A stretch of DNA of 63,310 nt, filler included, from Collodictyon triciliatum (lineage: Eukaryota): NCBI GenBank assembly GCA_043381765.1. It is 15 parts of 15 records of this genome, joined end to end, with 100 filler letters (N's around TTAATTAATTAA, not from the genome) between each part and the next. Parts side by side here need not be neighbours in the genome. Positions count along the whole stretch, not along the records: positions 1 to 3,967 come from JBHJMP010006658.1; positions 4,068 to 8,032 come from JBHJMP010006659.1; positions 8,133 to 12,097 come from JBHJMP010006660.1; positions 12,198 to 16,161 come from JBHJMP010006661.1; 11 more parts are not named here. One strand, 5' to 3'. The notes under the pieces were generated by a model. It searched no databases and had not been told where the DNA came from. It saw nothing but the letters and a program-made list of their open reading frames with translations. The first letter of the stretch is position 1, and each line of letters opens with the position of its first letter. Below, one piece after another: positions 1 to 13,399 of the stretch. The position numbers were made by a program, and so were the translations under genes.

Positions 1-195
1 CATATCATATCATATCATATCATATCATATCATATCATATCATATCATATCATATCATATCATATCATATCATATCATATCATATCATACCATATCATAT
101 CATATCATATCATATCATATCATATCATATCATATCATATCATATCATATCATATCATATCATATCATATCATATCATATCATATCATATCATAT
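1..195. repeat. (CATAT)n microsatellite
   Basis: About 39 near-perfect CATAT units at the window start, upstream of the splice acceptor at 231-233. Confidence 0.97.
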
Positions 196-233
196 CCCCC
201 GCCACAGTCATGCATTCATCCTTATTTCATCAG

Positions 234-3200
234 AGTCAATGAGTACAATGTTGTTGCTGTGATCCAGTGCATCCTACCGTACCATGAGACAGAATACTTC
301 TCGCGCATGGTGCAGATTCTCCACGTGCGGTATGTATGCACAGTTATACTGATATCTTTGGAATGGTACTTGAGCTGAATCCCGTTATACTTTTCATAGG
401 GATACGTGCTGGGCGTTTCTCAGTCGCTTCTCATCCTCGAAAAATGGTATGGATCGAGCTACCCTGGTATCGCACTGCTTAATTGATAAATCGGTCCTCA
501 ACACAGTGTTGAATGTGGTAAGCAAAATATTGTGGATTCATTTCTGCTCTGGCATTGTGCCTTCATTGAAATTAGCATATACATATCCTACGCTTTAAAC
601 AGACTAATTCTGCATGATACACTACTAACACCATTATATTTTTACACTGCAAAAATCTTCTGTATAGGCTACACAGTCAACGTCTCTTCCTTTTCTTCCG
701 TCTCCTTCAGTTTCGTTTACTGTTGCCACCCTTGGAAGTTTACTTGAGGAGTCCAAGGCCATCAAGGAAGACACCGTGATTTTAATCCTCGGTCACTTTG
801 AGCAGTGGTGTAGTACATCGAAAGATGAAAAGCTCCAGGTCAATATATCTATAATTTGAGGGTGGTTTTATTAAACGAAAAAAAAACGCAAAAAGCATTT
901 TTATAACAATTGAACCGTGGGGAGTGTAGCTTTAGACAGTCAATTGGATAGTCTAATCATCATCAAAACATTTTACATTCCTGTACTTCGCCTTTATCAA
1001 AAATCACATCCTAGATTGCATCTTATGCCACGGCAACAGTTCTTTCTGTTCGGATTCCCTTATCCAAGCAGCTCACCTCAGCAATGCTGTCCTCTGTGTT
1101 GAATAAGAAGGCTGCTCTCCGCTCAAGGGAAGCATTACTTTGTGCCATTCAGATAGTCAAGTATCAGAAGGTCACCCAGCTGAGCGATGCACTGATCGAC
1201 CAAATATATGCCATCCCGTTAGTCATGTCTCTTATTCCCTATTTAAAATTCATTTTTTACAATTCAAAGTCCCTCTCATTTTCCCATCCTCTACACCTTG
1301 CAAGTTTACTCTATGCTCTACTTGTGCAGATATATTTTACCTAGATACCAAAATCTATGTACATAAAATGGTCTTCATTGTCTCCCTCTTTCTCCTCTCT
1401 GAAATTCCTATCATAAATCGCAAAAATAGGTCGCTCGCTGATGTTCTTTCAGACATTACCTCGACATACGTTGCAGAGGAGTTTCTCCAAGTTCTTGCTC
1501 TCAACACAATCAACTCACCGTTTGTTTTCTTTTTCACATCACTAATTTCAGCATCTTTCCGGCATGCAAATCGATAACTGACCACCTACTTGCATTCTGC
1601 TAGAAACGCAAAAGAATCAGGGATTCAGACACTTAAGGAACTCCTCCACCGCCTTCCATTTAAATCCTCATCCAAGTCAATTGCAAATGCAGCTGCCATC
1701 AGGATTATCGATAAAAACTCTGACAGTCCCATCACATCAGGTGAGAATTATAAAAATGAACTTTACTACTATCAAAATTGACATTACATACATATCTGCA
1801 TGGCATACTCTTCTCTGCAAAATATTTTCTGATACTTGGAAAATACAAGGTTGTAAAGAGATCTTGGAAGTCATCCAAAACCTGTATCCAGCAGAGTTTG
1901 ATTCAATCGTCAACGAGGCACTCCAGGTTTTCCTCTGGTGCAAATCGCACATATATACATTCTTTGCAATACCTTCTGAAACTGTGACATTATATCCCCT
2001 TCATTGATCGATGTGAAATCCTTTTCTACTGAAAACATAGATTTTGTCCTTGCATTTTAACTAATTTTTAATTCCACTTACTGCTAACAATATTATCACT
2101 CTAACAATCCATGCTAATTACGACACCTCAGAAAAGGTCTCTGGGAGGGTCTGATGCAAACGTGCTTGCTGACTTCTTATCACGCCTTGTTTTGGGTACT
2201 TGTCAGCATACACTATCGAATCATATAGTGAATGAAACATATTTTATACCAATTTGTGTAGATTGCGAGCACAGGACCTTCCAAAGGAGAATACATTCTA
2301 ATTCCTTTAAACTTGCCTGAAATCCAAATAGACACCGGGTTTTCAACTTTTGTTGATTCTAGCACGATATTCTCTGCGTTAGAGCATAAGTTTGCAAGCA
2401 TTCGTCGACAGGCGTCTGAGGCACTTCTGTCCCTACCTGCAAATGCACCGGTGATTGAATATAATTTCTCATGCGCAACAAACAACCCATCATTTATAAG
2501 ATTCAAAATATTCATGCCAATAATATTGCTCAGTTTCAATCGTTCGGAGATAAAATCGTCGCTCGACTCAGCGATGATGACCCGATGGTTGTTGCCAATG
2601 TGCTTGCTTTCCCTGGTCTTTCATCATGCGCATCAGCAGACGCCATTTTTAACTCTATCGCCACGATACTTCGATCTGGTTAGCATATTTTTTCTTGTCT
2701 AAAAATTCCTTTACTCTTCCTATTTTCTATATTTTCAAGTCGGGCGTAGCCATTTTCAATTATCTGTACTGGTTAATTCCACAATTAATACCACGTACTT
2801 TGCCTAAAGTTGAGAAGTTTCGGATTCATCCATTTGCGCTGAATGCACTGAGTACGTGGTTCGTGTCGAGTTATCCGGATTACACTGAGCAAATCGCAAA
2901 ACTTGCCTTCAAATTCATTCTTGGAAATGCGGATGTAAGTGTTTGCAAAAAGCAGAGTCCTTATACTTTTTTTCTCTTAATCCTTTTATACACCTTATTG
3001 AATAGCAGGATATGAAAACGCACAGATGGATATTTATATAAACAAACATAAAATATTATTAATTCCGTGATAGTGTTACCGCCGCACTCTTCAAGCTGTT
3101 TACTTCTTTCTGAGTAATCGGAATATCTCATTCATATCTGGATTTCAAGATGTAATGAATTCTAGAAATTACTCCATGCTATGCTATTTACTGAATTGGA

Positions 3201-3520
3201 ATGTTTCGACTGTTATAGTGAAAGTTACACAAACTATAATACATTTTTCGATTCTTTTTTTTTTTTTTTATCTCAGCATGCATTCTTCTGCCATAGAATT
3301 TTTCAAAGGCGGTCGTTTTTGGACTCGACCAGAATCCGATACAGAAATACCCAACAACCAGACTGGATGGCGATGTTCAAGGAAAAGCCATCCAGGTGAG
3401 ATGCATATCATCTAGTTCCGTTGGATCTATTCCGCCACAGATTTTCATATTCAATTTTTTTTTTTTACGCGTACGACCAATTAATGAATTATTATTCTGT
3501 TTTTCACTTTTCTTTCTTTT

Positions 3521-3608
<88 letters not shown>

Positions 3609-3747
3609 TTTTTATTCATACTAATCAAATTGTCATTCTGATTTATTTTTTTATTTTTTGCGCGCAAACCCATAGTCGATGAAAGGTGAGGAAAAACGCG
3701 CGGCTCACGCTGAACTAGACTTGGCGCGAACCAAGAGAGAATTTGAT
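234..3747 (+). CDS. UTP10: U3 snoRNA-associated protein 10 / HEATR1-like, partial, multi-exon
   Basis: Exon 234-329 reads VNEYNVVAVIQCILPYHETEYFSRMVQIL, matching the conserved N-terminal LPYHET motif of UTP10/HEATR1. Later helical HEAT-like exons include LEVIQNLYPAEFDSIV, ALEHKFASIRRQA and RLSDDDPMVV. Introns are GT-AG. Both ends are truncated and the last exons (3297-3747) are tentative. Confidence 0.8.
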
Positions 3748-3967
3748 GTAAGCACCTCGAATTGAATGTTAAAAATGTCTTTAGTTATAAATTATTTCTT
3801 TTTGTGTGTGTATGTGTGTTTAGCATTCTTTAATTGTGACTGAATTTTAGTTCAAATTATTATTTTATTTTATTTTATTTTATTTTATTTTATTTTATTT
3901 TATTTTATTTTATTTTATTTTATTTTATTTTATTTTATTTTATTTTATTTTATTTTATTTTATTTTA

Positions 3968-4067
3968 NNNNNNNNNNNNNNNNNNNNNNNNNNNNNNNNN
4001 NNNNNNNNNNNTTAATTAATTAANNNNNNNNNNNNNNNNNNNNNNNNNNNNNNNNNNNNNNNNNNNN
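3968..4067. other. Artificial contig linker (N44-TTAATTAATTAA-N44)
   Basis: Six-frame stop palindrome embedded in Ns. The same core recurs at 8077, 12142, 16206, 20267, 24325, 28383, 32441, 40680, 44737, 48794, 52848, 56404 and 60456. Confidence 0.97.
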
Positions 4068-4094
4068 AACAAAAAAACAAAAAAAAAAAAAAAA

Positions 4095-4203
<109 letters not shown>

Positions 4204-4240
4204 AAAAAAAACAACACACACCTTTCCACAACAACAGATC

Positions 4241-4593
4241 ATGGCTTTCATAAGGCGCGATCAAAGCCTTCTGCCGCAACACGAGACATCCCTGCCCGAA
4301 AGCTGGGGCGCAACCGACTCGATCGTCCACTGGGTTCCGTTCCAAGAAGCACGCTCTTCCACACCCGATTCCAGCACAACGACCCCGCACTCGGTAGAAA
4401 GCCTCGCAAATGCCCACAACTCAAGACACGACCAACTCATTCCCGAAAGCAAACAAAGCACAGAAAGACCCGAGCTGCAACCAGAGCCGAAACAGCAAGA
4501 AAGTGTATACGTTGATGAGGACTATGAGGACGAAGTGATTGTGCACGACAGCGATGATGATGAAGACGATGACGAAGATGAAGAAGGAGGAGT

Positions 4594-4629
<36 letters not shown>

Positions 4630-6424
4630 CGAAGGTGATGAAAATAATCATCCTGCCATCCAAGTTGTGCAGCACCGTAACGGCCCGCCCATAGTCGAAA
4701 TCATCCCCATCAAGCAAAGAAACGCGGCGGCCGCTGCAGCCATCATGGAGATCATTCCAGAGCCGCGGAAAGGACCAACCAAACCGCAATCTGCCATGGC
4801 CAATGCCCACCCAAAGCCGGTCGCTTCTGACGGATCCAAACAACCCGCCCACGTCACAATCATCCCTGTTGTCACATTCATTCCGCCAAATGCATCCAAC
4901 AATCCTGCTTCATCAGTTGATCAGGAGAAACCCAGCCAAGTGATTCCCGCACCACCAACATCAACATCACCATCACAGCAGAAGAAACCCGCCCGTTCAC
5001 ACTCGTTTTCACCCACGAAAAGGCCCATCGCCACGCAGCTGCCATCGCCCCGCAAGGGTGGGATCAAAGCGGATCACAGTCGCGCCAACAAAGCCGATGC
5101 AGATGCCGAGGCTGCCAATGACAGCGGATCCATGAGACGCAACTACTCCAGCCCGATGCTCCCGGATCCGAGCCAGTCCACCGCCTTTGTCAAGCAGGAA
5201 GTGATTGCACAGCGCACAGAGCGTTCGTCCTCGCTGACTCGTCTGATCCACGAAGGTGTTGGTCATCAGCGAATGCGCAGCGCAAACGCCGCACAGAACC
5301 CCTCATCTGGCCGCACAATCAATCCTGCGATTGCTGTGATCCAACATGATCCCGCTCCACGGCCCAGCCAAGCAGCCCACCCAAACCACACAGACCAACA
5401 CGCAGCACGCACTTTTGCACACAAGCGGTTTATCTCATCGGCACAGGTTGTTGGGAATACCGGGTCGAACGCAGCCGCGGGTGGGAATGCGAATCAGCTG
5501 AATCCTGCATCTGCTTTTGCGCGTATCAATGGACATCGGCGTGTCCAATCACTCCCGGTTGTGCAGCGAAATCCGCAGAACGACTCGCGTGCGTGGCGCA
5601 GAATCGATGCGGATTGTCTGCGAAGCCGTGTGCTTGTGATTTGGTGGATGGAGGAGGAGAACCCGCTCGCTTTGGAGGCTTTCCCGCAGTTGACGATTGC
5701 GCAGGTGATTTCCATGGCGCTTAGGCATATTCACTCCTCACCGGATTTGCCGCAGCCCACTATGCGCGACCCGCTTGCCTATGAGCTCTGCCTTGCTGCG
5801 GCTGATGGGTCTGTTCATCCGGATTGTGATGGTTTGTTTGCTATTGATGTCTCTTCTTTTCTTTTTTCTTTTGTCCTTTCTTCTTCATTTGTCTTTTCTT
5901 TTTCTTCATTTGTCTTTTCTTTTCTTTTTCTTCATTTGTCTTTTCTTTTTTTTTTCTTTCTTTTTTTCTTTTCTTTCTTTTTTTCTTTTTTTCTTCTTTT
6001 CTTCTTTTCTTCTTTTCTTCTTTTCTTCTTTTCTTCTTTTCTTTTCTTTTCTTTTCTTTTCTTTTCTTTTCTTTTCTTTTCTTTTCTTTTCTTTTCTTTT
6101 CTTTTCTTTTCTTTTCTNNNNNNNNNNNNNNNNNNNNNNNNNNNNNNNNNNNNNNNNNNNNNNNNNNNNNNNNNNNNNNNNTCTTCTTTTCTTCTTTTCT
6201 TCTTTTCTTCTTTTCTTCTTTTCTTCTTTTCTTCTTTTCTTCTTTTCTTCTTTTCTTCTTTTCTTCTTTTCTTCTTTTCTGCGTCACTGAGGAACATGTT
6301 TATACGCACAGGGTTACCACGTGAAAAAGTAATCAACGACTTTCCTCCAAGCACTATATTTCGGTTGTTTATGGACCCGAATTACCAGTTCATGGAAGAA
6401 CATGGCGAAGAAAGTGATGAATAA
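4241..6424 (+). CDS. Low-complexity/acidic protein with C-terminal SIN1-type CRIM-like domain
   Basis: Long exon 4241-5831, then a GT-AG intron 5832-6311 filled with CT microsatellite, then exon 6312-6424. The spliced C-terminus LTIAQVISMAL..DPLAYELCLAAADGSVHPDCDGLPREKVINDF..IFRL resembles the CRIM pattern (TV.EVI..L..Y.L.I..DDGE.D.D...L.R...I..F). Confidence 0.7.
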
Positions 6425-7258
6425 TACATTTCTCTTTTCGTTTTTTCCACTTAAAGACATATAAGAGTACTGGTATTATTCCCCCTATCTAACATCAGTT
6501 TTATTGAAGGCACATTCGATGTCTCTCCCAACTCCATTCTTTTTTTCTTTTTGCTTCATTCGACTCAAACCCCTCCCAACTGCACTAATGTCTTTGTCAC
6601 AAACGATTTAGATTTATCGAGCACGGCCAAATCGCACCGAGCGGGTCACACACATCACCGCACGTCATCACTGTCCTCAAAGCTCAACTCGCTCAAAAGC
6701 AGCTTCCTGCGTATTTTTGATAAGTGAACACCCGCGGTGTGTGTTCATTGGTTGTGTCATAGTACAAAGAATCAAAACAAAACAAGACAAACCAAAACAA
6801 AAAAGAAAAAAAAAAGGAAGAGTATGTGTATTCAACCGAAACAAGTTTGGTTCGCCCCGTTCTCTTGGTTTTGCTCCTAATCTTTTACTTTGTGCCCACG
6901 CACGCGTCGTTTATTGCATTCCAGAACCATCCACAGTTCGTTCAAAATAATAATAATAATAATAATAATCTGAAGAAGAGGAAATAAAAAAAGTTGCAAA
7001 ATAATGGCGAGGTTGAAGCAACATTCTGGCATCACAACGAGCGATGTTTTCTTGCAACCAAGGAACACACGCGATAAGCAGTTGCCATGCCATGTAATAT
7101 CTTTGTCGGCATGCAGACATTTCTTTTCTTGCACCCATATTTTTATTTTCTTCTCATGGGAATGGTTGAGATGAAAGGTGTGAAAAGCATTGTTTTTCTT
7201 CCAAGGCCAACCAATCTTCCTCATTTTTTTTCATTTTTCATCGTTGTTTTTTTCTTTT

Positions 7259-7314
<56 letters not shown>

Positions 7315-7430
7315 GCGCTACATGTCTTCAATCGAATAAAAGAATCGTAAAAAGATTAAAGAAAAGAATGAATCTTTGGGCATAGGGAAACAGAGCAGCG
7401 TGAAAATGCGGAAGCAAAGGCGCCTCATGA

Positions 7431-7933
7431 CTAGGAAGCCTGCTGTGCTTTCCATAGATCGAGTGCCTCTTTGATTTTATCGCACCAGAGGCGCGCCTTG
7501 CCCGACGGGTCATGTAAGATGTACGTGCGGCCCGGCTGATGAAACGAGCATTAAAGCAGAAAAAAAAAAGGATAGTCTTAGTTATTTTTTTTATCTCGAC
7601 TATTTATTTGTTCGTTCATTTTCTCTTTTTATAAAAAAAAAAAAAAAAAAACAATTTAAATCGTGACATGGTAAAGAGGTGTGCATATTTTTAAGCATGG
7701 AAACAAACGCCTTTCATACCACATCTACGAGGAAGTGCGAAGAGTTTTTGTAAGTGCATTCCAGCTCGCGAACCCATGGGATTTCGCCTTTAATCTCGTT
7801 CTTGTCCAAGTCAATGTAAAAGAAACGAGGCAAGTCAGTCAGGACGAGATACCGCTTCTTGGAAAAAAGGCCGCGTTTCTTTGAGATGGAGCCTTCGAAT
7901 AGAATCAGCTCACTCTGTTCCAGGAATAGGGCT
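7431..7933 (-). CDS. PDPK1: 3' end of PDK1-like protein (PDK1-type PH domain), partial
   Basis: Exons 7933-7720 and 7535-7431 give LILFEGSISKKRGLFSKKRYLVLTDLPRFFYIDLDKNEIKGEIPW..HFLVDV/PGRTYILHDPSGKARLWCDKI*, closely matching the PDK1 PH domain. Not present in the ORF track. The kinase domain would lie beyond the contig end. Confidence 0.85.
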
Positions 7934-7938
7934 CTGCA

Positions 7939-8032
7939 AGAAGAAGAAGAAGAAGAAGAAGAAGAAGAAGAAGAAGAAGAAGAAGAAGAAGAAGAAGAAG
8001 AAGAAGAAGAAGAAGAAGAAGAAGAAGAAGAA
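7939..8032. repeat. (GAA)n microsatellite
   Basis: Perfect GAA run to the contig end. On the minus strand it forms the pyrimidine tract of the PDK1-like intron. Confidence 0.97.
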
Positions 8033-8314
8033 NNNNNNNNNNNNNNNNNNNNNNNNNNNNNNNNNNNNNNNNNNNNTTAATTAATTAANNNNNNNNNNNN
8101 NNNNNNNNNNNNNNNNNNNNNNNNNNNNNNNNCAGAGAAAAAAAGACAGAGAAAAAAAGACAGAGAAAAAAAGACAGAGAAAAAAAGACAGAGAAAAAAA
8201 GACAGAGAAAAAGACAGAGAAAAAAAGACAGACAGTAAAGAAAAAAAGATAAACAGAAAGAAAGAAAAAAAAGAGAGCCCCTCACCAGCCACTACTCACA
8301 CGCAACAGGTGCCG

Positions 8315-11300
8315 ATGCAGACGCCCAAGATCACCGCCGCAACCGCCACACTACAAAGCCGCGTAAGTTTCAGCCCACGAAGGCGATCTGTGCCGCGAAT
8401 CCCGCTGCCTGTCGAGGCAGAGGCAGAGGCACCAGCAGCCCACGAAGCCGCCTCGGCCAGAGCAACGCCGCACGTTCTCCAACCTCCACCATTCTCGAGA
8501 CAAACCACACTGGGGTATTCCAGAGTCCTCCGAAACCTCAAAGGCGATCCCACCCAAGGCATGAACGGAGCCCCAGGCCCAGAAAAGGCCGGCTCAACAC
8601 ACAACCCCCGGCAAATGACGCATCAAAACTCGGTGACTTTTTCCCCGGTAAACAACGCACAGTTTACCGAATGGATAGACTCACTCGCACCTCCTCGAGT
8701 CTTATCCCCCCGCTCGCCCAGAATGCACGGGTCTCTTTCGCTCGAGAGATTTCCAGCCAAGGCGAAACCATCTACAAAAAGCAGGCTGAAAAAAGAGCAG
8801 CACGTTCATACCCCGCGCTCCTCCGTGTTTCAGAAGCGCGTGGATGTTGACTATAATACAGGTCATAGAACAGATAATATCGCGCCGAGCTATCAAAAAA
8901 GTCTGAAAGATGGCATGAGAACTGCCTTGTTGGATAGTGCGTTAGTTCAAAGTCAAGCGATAAACAAAAACAATGAGAATGGGAAATATGCCAATAAATA
9001 CAGAGGGATTGAACCACGACAAAATGAACAAAATACAGGTACATGCACATTGCAACTTGGTTTTTTTTTTAATGTTCTATCATTTCATTTATTCATAAAA
9101 GAGTGATACGATTTCGTTTCCCTGGTCAGAATGTTGATAATCAAATCATTTTTTCTCTGAAATTTTCTTCATTTGTTTAGTAATTAAATCAGTTACGTAT
9201 TTCACACATTCATGCACGCCATTTTTCTTCTCTCGGTGAGTTAAATAATTCCATAATTCAGTATATTAAATAAATATATACCTTTCCAGCCAACACAGAT
9301 GAGCCTGACTCTTACACTTACATCACACCAGTGAGCAAGATATATGGAAAGCGCATGCATGCACCTGATGTGTTGCTATCTCGACCACAATCATCCCCAT
9401 ATATGTCCAGTATGTACCGCATATATTCACATATTCAAATAAAAGTCATTCATTTACATATCCAGTACGACAATACGCTTTTCGTCACACTATAGTTCCT
9501 TCCTCCGCTTCAAATCAATGCCGACCAGCTTCGGGACCGGCCTCATCCACATGCGATTTCCTTTCAACTGCGACACAGAGTGCTGGTTGTCCCATGGCGG
9601 AGCCACCAACCAAGTCATTCCCTCCATTAACACCGTCGACCAGTTCAAAAGAAAATACTCCTAGGTCTGCACGTGGATTACTTCCACGGTCGTCTCCTGC
9701 CCCATTTCTGCGCCATGAAACGAACTCGATAACGTTTTCGTCTATTTCCACATCGTCAAATCAAGTTAATCCATTTTCTGCGACTAATGGAAGTGAAGCC
9801 GTGGCAACTACGTCTTCATTGGCCGTGCCTGGATTGCAAATTCCACATCCGCCTATGTCGAGGCGAGCGTCTACCATTGAATTGGATACAAACTTAAATG
9901 ATAGGTAGTATCTCATCGTAAGACTATTCTCAAACCCAATCATAAAAACATTTTCCTAGACATAATATTCGAAGTTAAAGACTGAGGTTAAGATTCATTC
10001 CGAATTACTCTATCTACTTCGATTTTGAATGATATGAATTCTTATAAATATAATGTATTTCCCGTCTCATTCCTTTAGACTGAAAATGATACCATCTACA
10101 AATCCACAAGACGCTCAAAAACACCCAGGGACATCATCACACAATACATCAAAGTCTTCTCATCGCGAAATTTTACTTGTAGGGATAATAGCATATTCGG
10201 AGACAAAAATATAATGATAATTGGATTTAAGACAGATTGATAAACGAAATATTGTGAAAGAGTACCCAAAACTTCAACTGAAAAAATGACATTTTTCAAC
10301 TTATCTTCATTGTTACTTAATTATAACATTCAAATAATTTGAACTTTGAATCGAATAAAGGAAAAAATTCAAATATTTTGAACAAGGTCCGTAACAGTTA
10401 ATTTTTTTAATCATATGGATAGATACCTGATGCACAGAAAAAGATACTCACACTAACCGGAGAAGAAGGGTCCCTACCGTCCGAAAGAGAGGTCCGCGAA
10501 TCTGTGGTTCGTCTTTTCCGGGAACTAGATAAGGAATCATTAGCTTACGTATGGTATGACGACTTAAAAAAGGTATTTCTTGTTTCTTTTGTGTATCCTT
10601 TGAGTTCAAATAGGTCTTTATTTTTCTTTACATCAGCATTGAAATTAAGCAGGTATATCGAAGCCAGCTCTGATATCTCACTGAGACATAATTTCGTCTT
10701 TATCACAGGTTGTAAGCTCTTTGGAGAATAGTTCCAAATTTGGCCTTCATTGCAATAACCAGCAGGCCCAATACCTTCTTACCTTGCTTAAGGTGCTTCC
10801 TATTCCTGTTATTTATGAAACAGAGCGTGTCAAAATATCTACCGTTTAGCTGTAAATGAAAAGTAGAGGTGTGGTTAGTGAAAATCTTGCCGCTTAGGCA
10901 TGACTCCGGCGTAGCTGGTGTTGATTGAGAACATCCACCAAAGTCGGAGCTTTGCACATATTTTTTTAACCTATTAATCTCTTTATCCAAACAGCCTGAC
11001 GAGCTTGGGGTTGTGTACTACGCGCCTTTAATTGGAGAGTTCACCAAAGCGTTTATCAAGTTCCAAATTGAAAGTGCAGTCATACCCGACTTGATAGGAC
11101 CATCCGCCGTATTTGGAAACGAAGGGGAATATCCAAACCATAACAACACAGAGATTTCAGCAGACACAAAGATAGTCAGCAACGAAGAACAGTCAATAGC
11201 CGACTTATTTCTCTCAACAGTTGCACAGAGTAGTGATTTTCACCGACTGCATGGTTACTCCAAGCCCCTTTTTCACCAAAAATTGCTGCGTAGCTGCGTA

Positions 11301-11976
11301 ACTATGGACTATGAAAGTGGAGGCAAGATGGACCGTATCTGGTTTCGAAAGGTACTGAAGGAAAAATGTCGTTCGTTTTACTTAGCCATTCTCTTTCGAA
11401 TGTGAACAGTAACAATATATATGGAAGACCAAATATAGACATTATTGTAACTAAAAGTAACAAAAAGTCTTGAACACTATTTTTCTTACAAGCGTTGAAT
11501 TTTCATGCAAACGCTATGAATCATATTGTATACATGTGCATAAATCAGGCCCTTTCACAATCTGGTATATGCTTATCTCCCAGGGAAATATCATACTTGG
11601 TATCCCAGGTATGTTTTACACTAAATTTAATATGATATCAAGTTGTACTCTAGATAAATTCAATTTCAAATACTAGCATAAATTCTATGACATTATAAAA
11701 TATGCAGTCAGCCCTCCTTTGTTAGTCACAAGAAAATGCTTCTCTTAATTTTCATATTAGGTTCCTGTAGATGAAAATGGAAAATTAGATTACAAGAACT
11801 TTGTCGGAGATTGTTTCGAACTTCTTCAAGTCGCTATGAGGAAGAGATACACACAGCTAGCCTCTGACGTTCATTTCACTAGGCATATCCTTTTGAAAGC
11901 CTTCCAAGACCAGCTGCAACAAAAGGCCCAAAATCTTGAGGACAATCCAGGTTTGAAAACATTCACCGCAAAATGA
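8315..11976 (+). CDS. Multi-exon protein with S/P-rich N-terminus and C-terminal EF-hand-like motifs
   Basis: ATG at 8315. Exons include VRLFRELDKESLAYVWYDDLKK, PDELGVVYYAPLI, TMDYESGGKMDRIWFRK and the final exon 11761-11976 VPVDENGKLDYKNFVGDCF..*, which look like degenerate EF-hand pairs. Confidence 0.6.
10343..10366 (+). mobile_element. Extremely 5'-truncated retroposon end (copy 1)
   Basis: ACTTTGAATCGAATAAAGGAAAAA matches the 3' end of the copies at 29156 and 30603. It is flanked by ATTCAAATAATTTGA / ATTCAAATATTTTGA (15 nt, 1 mismatch). Confidence 0.6.
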
Positions 11977-12097
11977 TCATTATCATTATCATTATCATTA
12001 TCATTATCATTATCATTATCATTATCATTATCATTATCATTATCATTATCATTATCATTATCATTATCATTATCATTATCATTATCATTATCATTAT
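11976..12097. repeat. (ATCATT)n microsatellite
   Basis: Perfect hexamer run starting at the stop codon and ending at the contig end. Confidence 0.97.
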
Positions 12098-12227
12098 NNN
12101 NNNNNNNNNNNNNNNNNNNNNNNNNNNNNNNNNNNNNNNNNTTAATTAATTAANNNNNNNNNNNNNNNNNNNNNNNNNNNNNNNNNNNNNNNNNNNNACG
12201 GGTGTGGGAGATAGGAAGGAATGACAT

Positions 12228-12655
12228 ACGTGCTGAATCATGTTTGAGGAGGGCTCCACACAGACCCACGTCTTGGTTGGCTTTTCGGACATTCTAGTTC
12301 GTAGAGCACGCATGAATGCACCAGTCCCGCCTCCAATGTCGACGAGCACAGAGTCTTTTTTCAGGTTGAGACGCTTCTCTACCTACACAAATGCATGCTT
12401 GAACATAACAAGACGAAACACGAAGCGAAGCGAAATGAGAAAAAAAATCATCTGAATTACACAACTACAACACTTCGAAGCATGATGATGGGGTGTAAAG
12501 GGATAAAAAAGTGTATATATGCAGACGACGAAGAAGCTCTGCAGAAATACCTCGTCAAGCAGGAAGTGCTGATACTCGCCATTTGGTCGATCGAGACACA
12601 TGTCATCATATTTTGAGGCAAGGCGCTCGTAGTGGGAGTTTGGGTCTGTTGTCAT
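12228..12655 (-). CDS. Class I SAM-dependent methyltransferase, 5' part
   Basis: Exon 1 is MTTDPNSHYERLASKYDDM... Exon 2 contains motif I LVDIGGGTG and post-I VCVEPSSNM. Truncated by the contig end. Confidence 0.85.
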
Positions 12656-13399
12656 GGCCTGTGCGTAGGGTGCGACGAATCAAGAGTCTTTTCATGTGGT
12701 TGTGGTTTGTTTTCATTTGCGTGTGTTTTAGTGCAGGACAACTTTGTTCCTTGGTTGTGTTTTTTGAGCGAGTGTCGTGGAATCCCTTTCCTTGATCCTG
12801 GCTTCGTATCCTATATTGGCACATTCGCGGTATGCTGGGGAAGTTGGTCAACGAGAGTGGATTCTCTTGTGTCTAGAATTATCAGAAATCCGAAAAAGGA
12901 ATCCGAGCGGATTTGGTAACTGCCTCTGGCAATATTTTATTATGCAGTGCATTTAATGCAATTGTGCATCAATACTATGCAAATAAATATATCTTGTTAA
13001 GGTAAAATAAAGTGATTATGTAAATTCCGCATTTGTAAAGTGACCACAGGCGAACATTCAAAATTCTGTCTCCATTCTGTCGCCTGTCAAAAGCGCCCTT
13101 TCCAGCAAGAAACACAAAGCAGCACGCCACAAAACCCACAGCCGGATCCGTTCTATAAATAAAACCGGACAACCACCAGTTCACGTACTTAAATGCCAAG
13201 AGGAAGCCTGCATCCCATATCCACCAGCCACACATGCAGAACCACCCGGCCAAACATGTGGACAAAAGCGCACCTATCCCTTGCTGCGTTTCCCACACAC
13301 CTTCACACACACACCCACACACCCACAACGACACTGACATCCACATTCATTCTTACACCCTTACTCAATCCCGCGTACACTCACGACTCCCAGGAGAGG

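Noticed and set aside
1-195. (CATAT)n as a telomeric repeat
   Set aside because: It lies in an intron of the UTP10 gene, and every contig end has a different unit.
4012-4023. TTAATTAATTAA recurring about every 4.06 kb as a periodic biological motif
   Set aside because: Always centred in 44+44 Ns. It is a stop-in-all-frames assembly linker, and the periodicity reflects size-sorted contigs.
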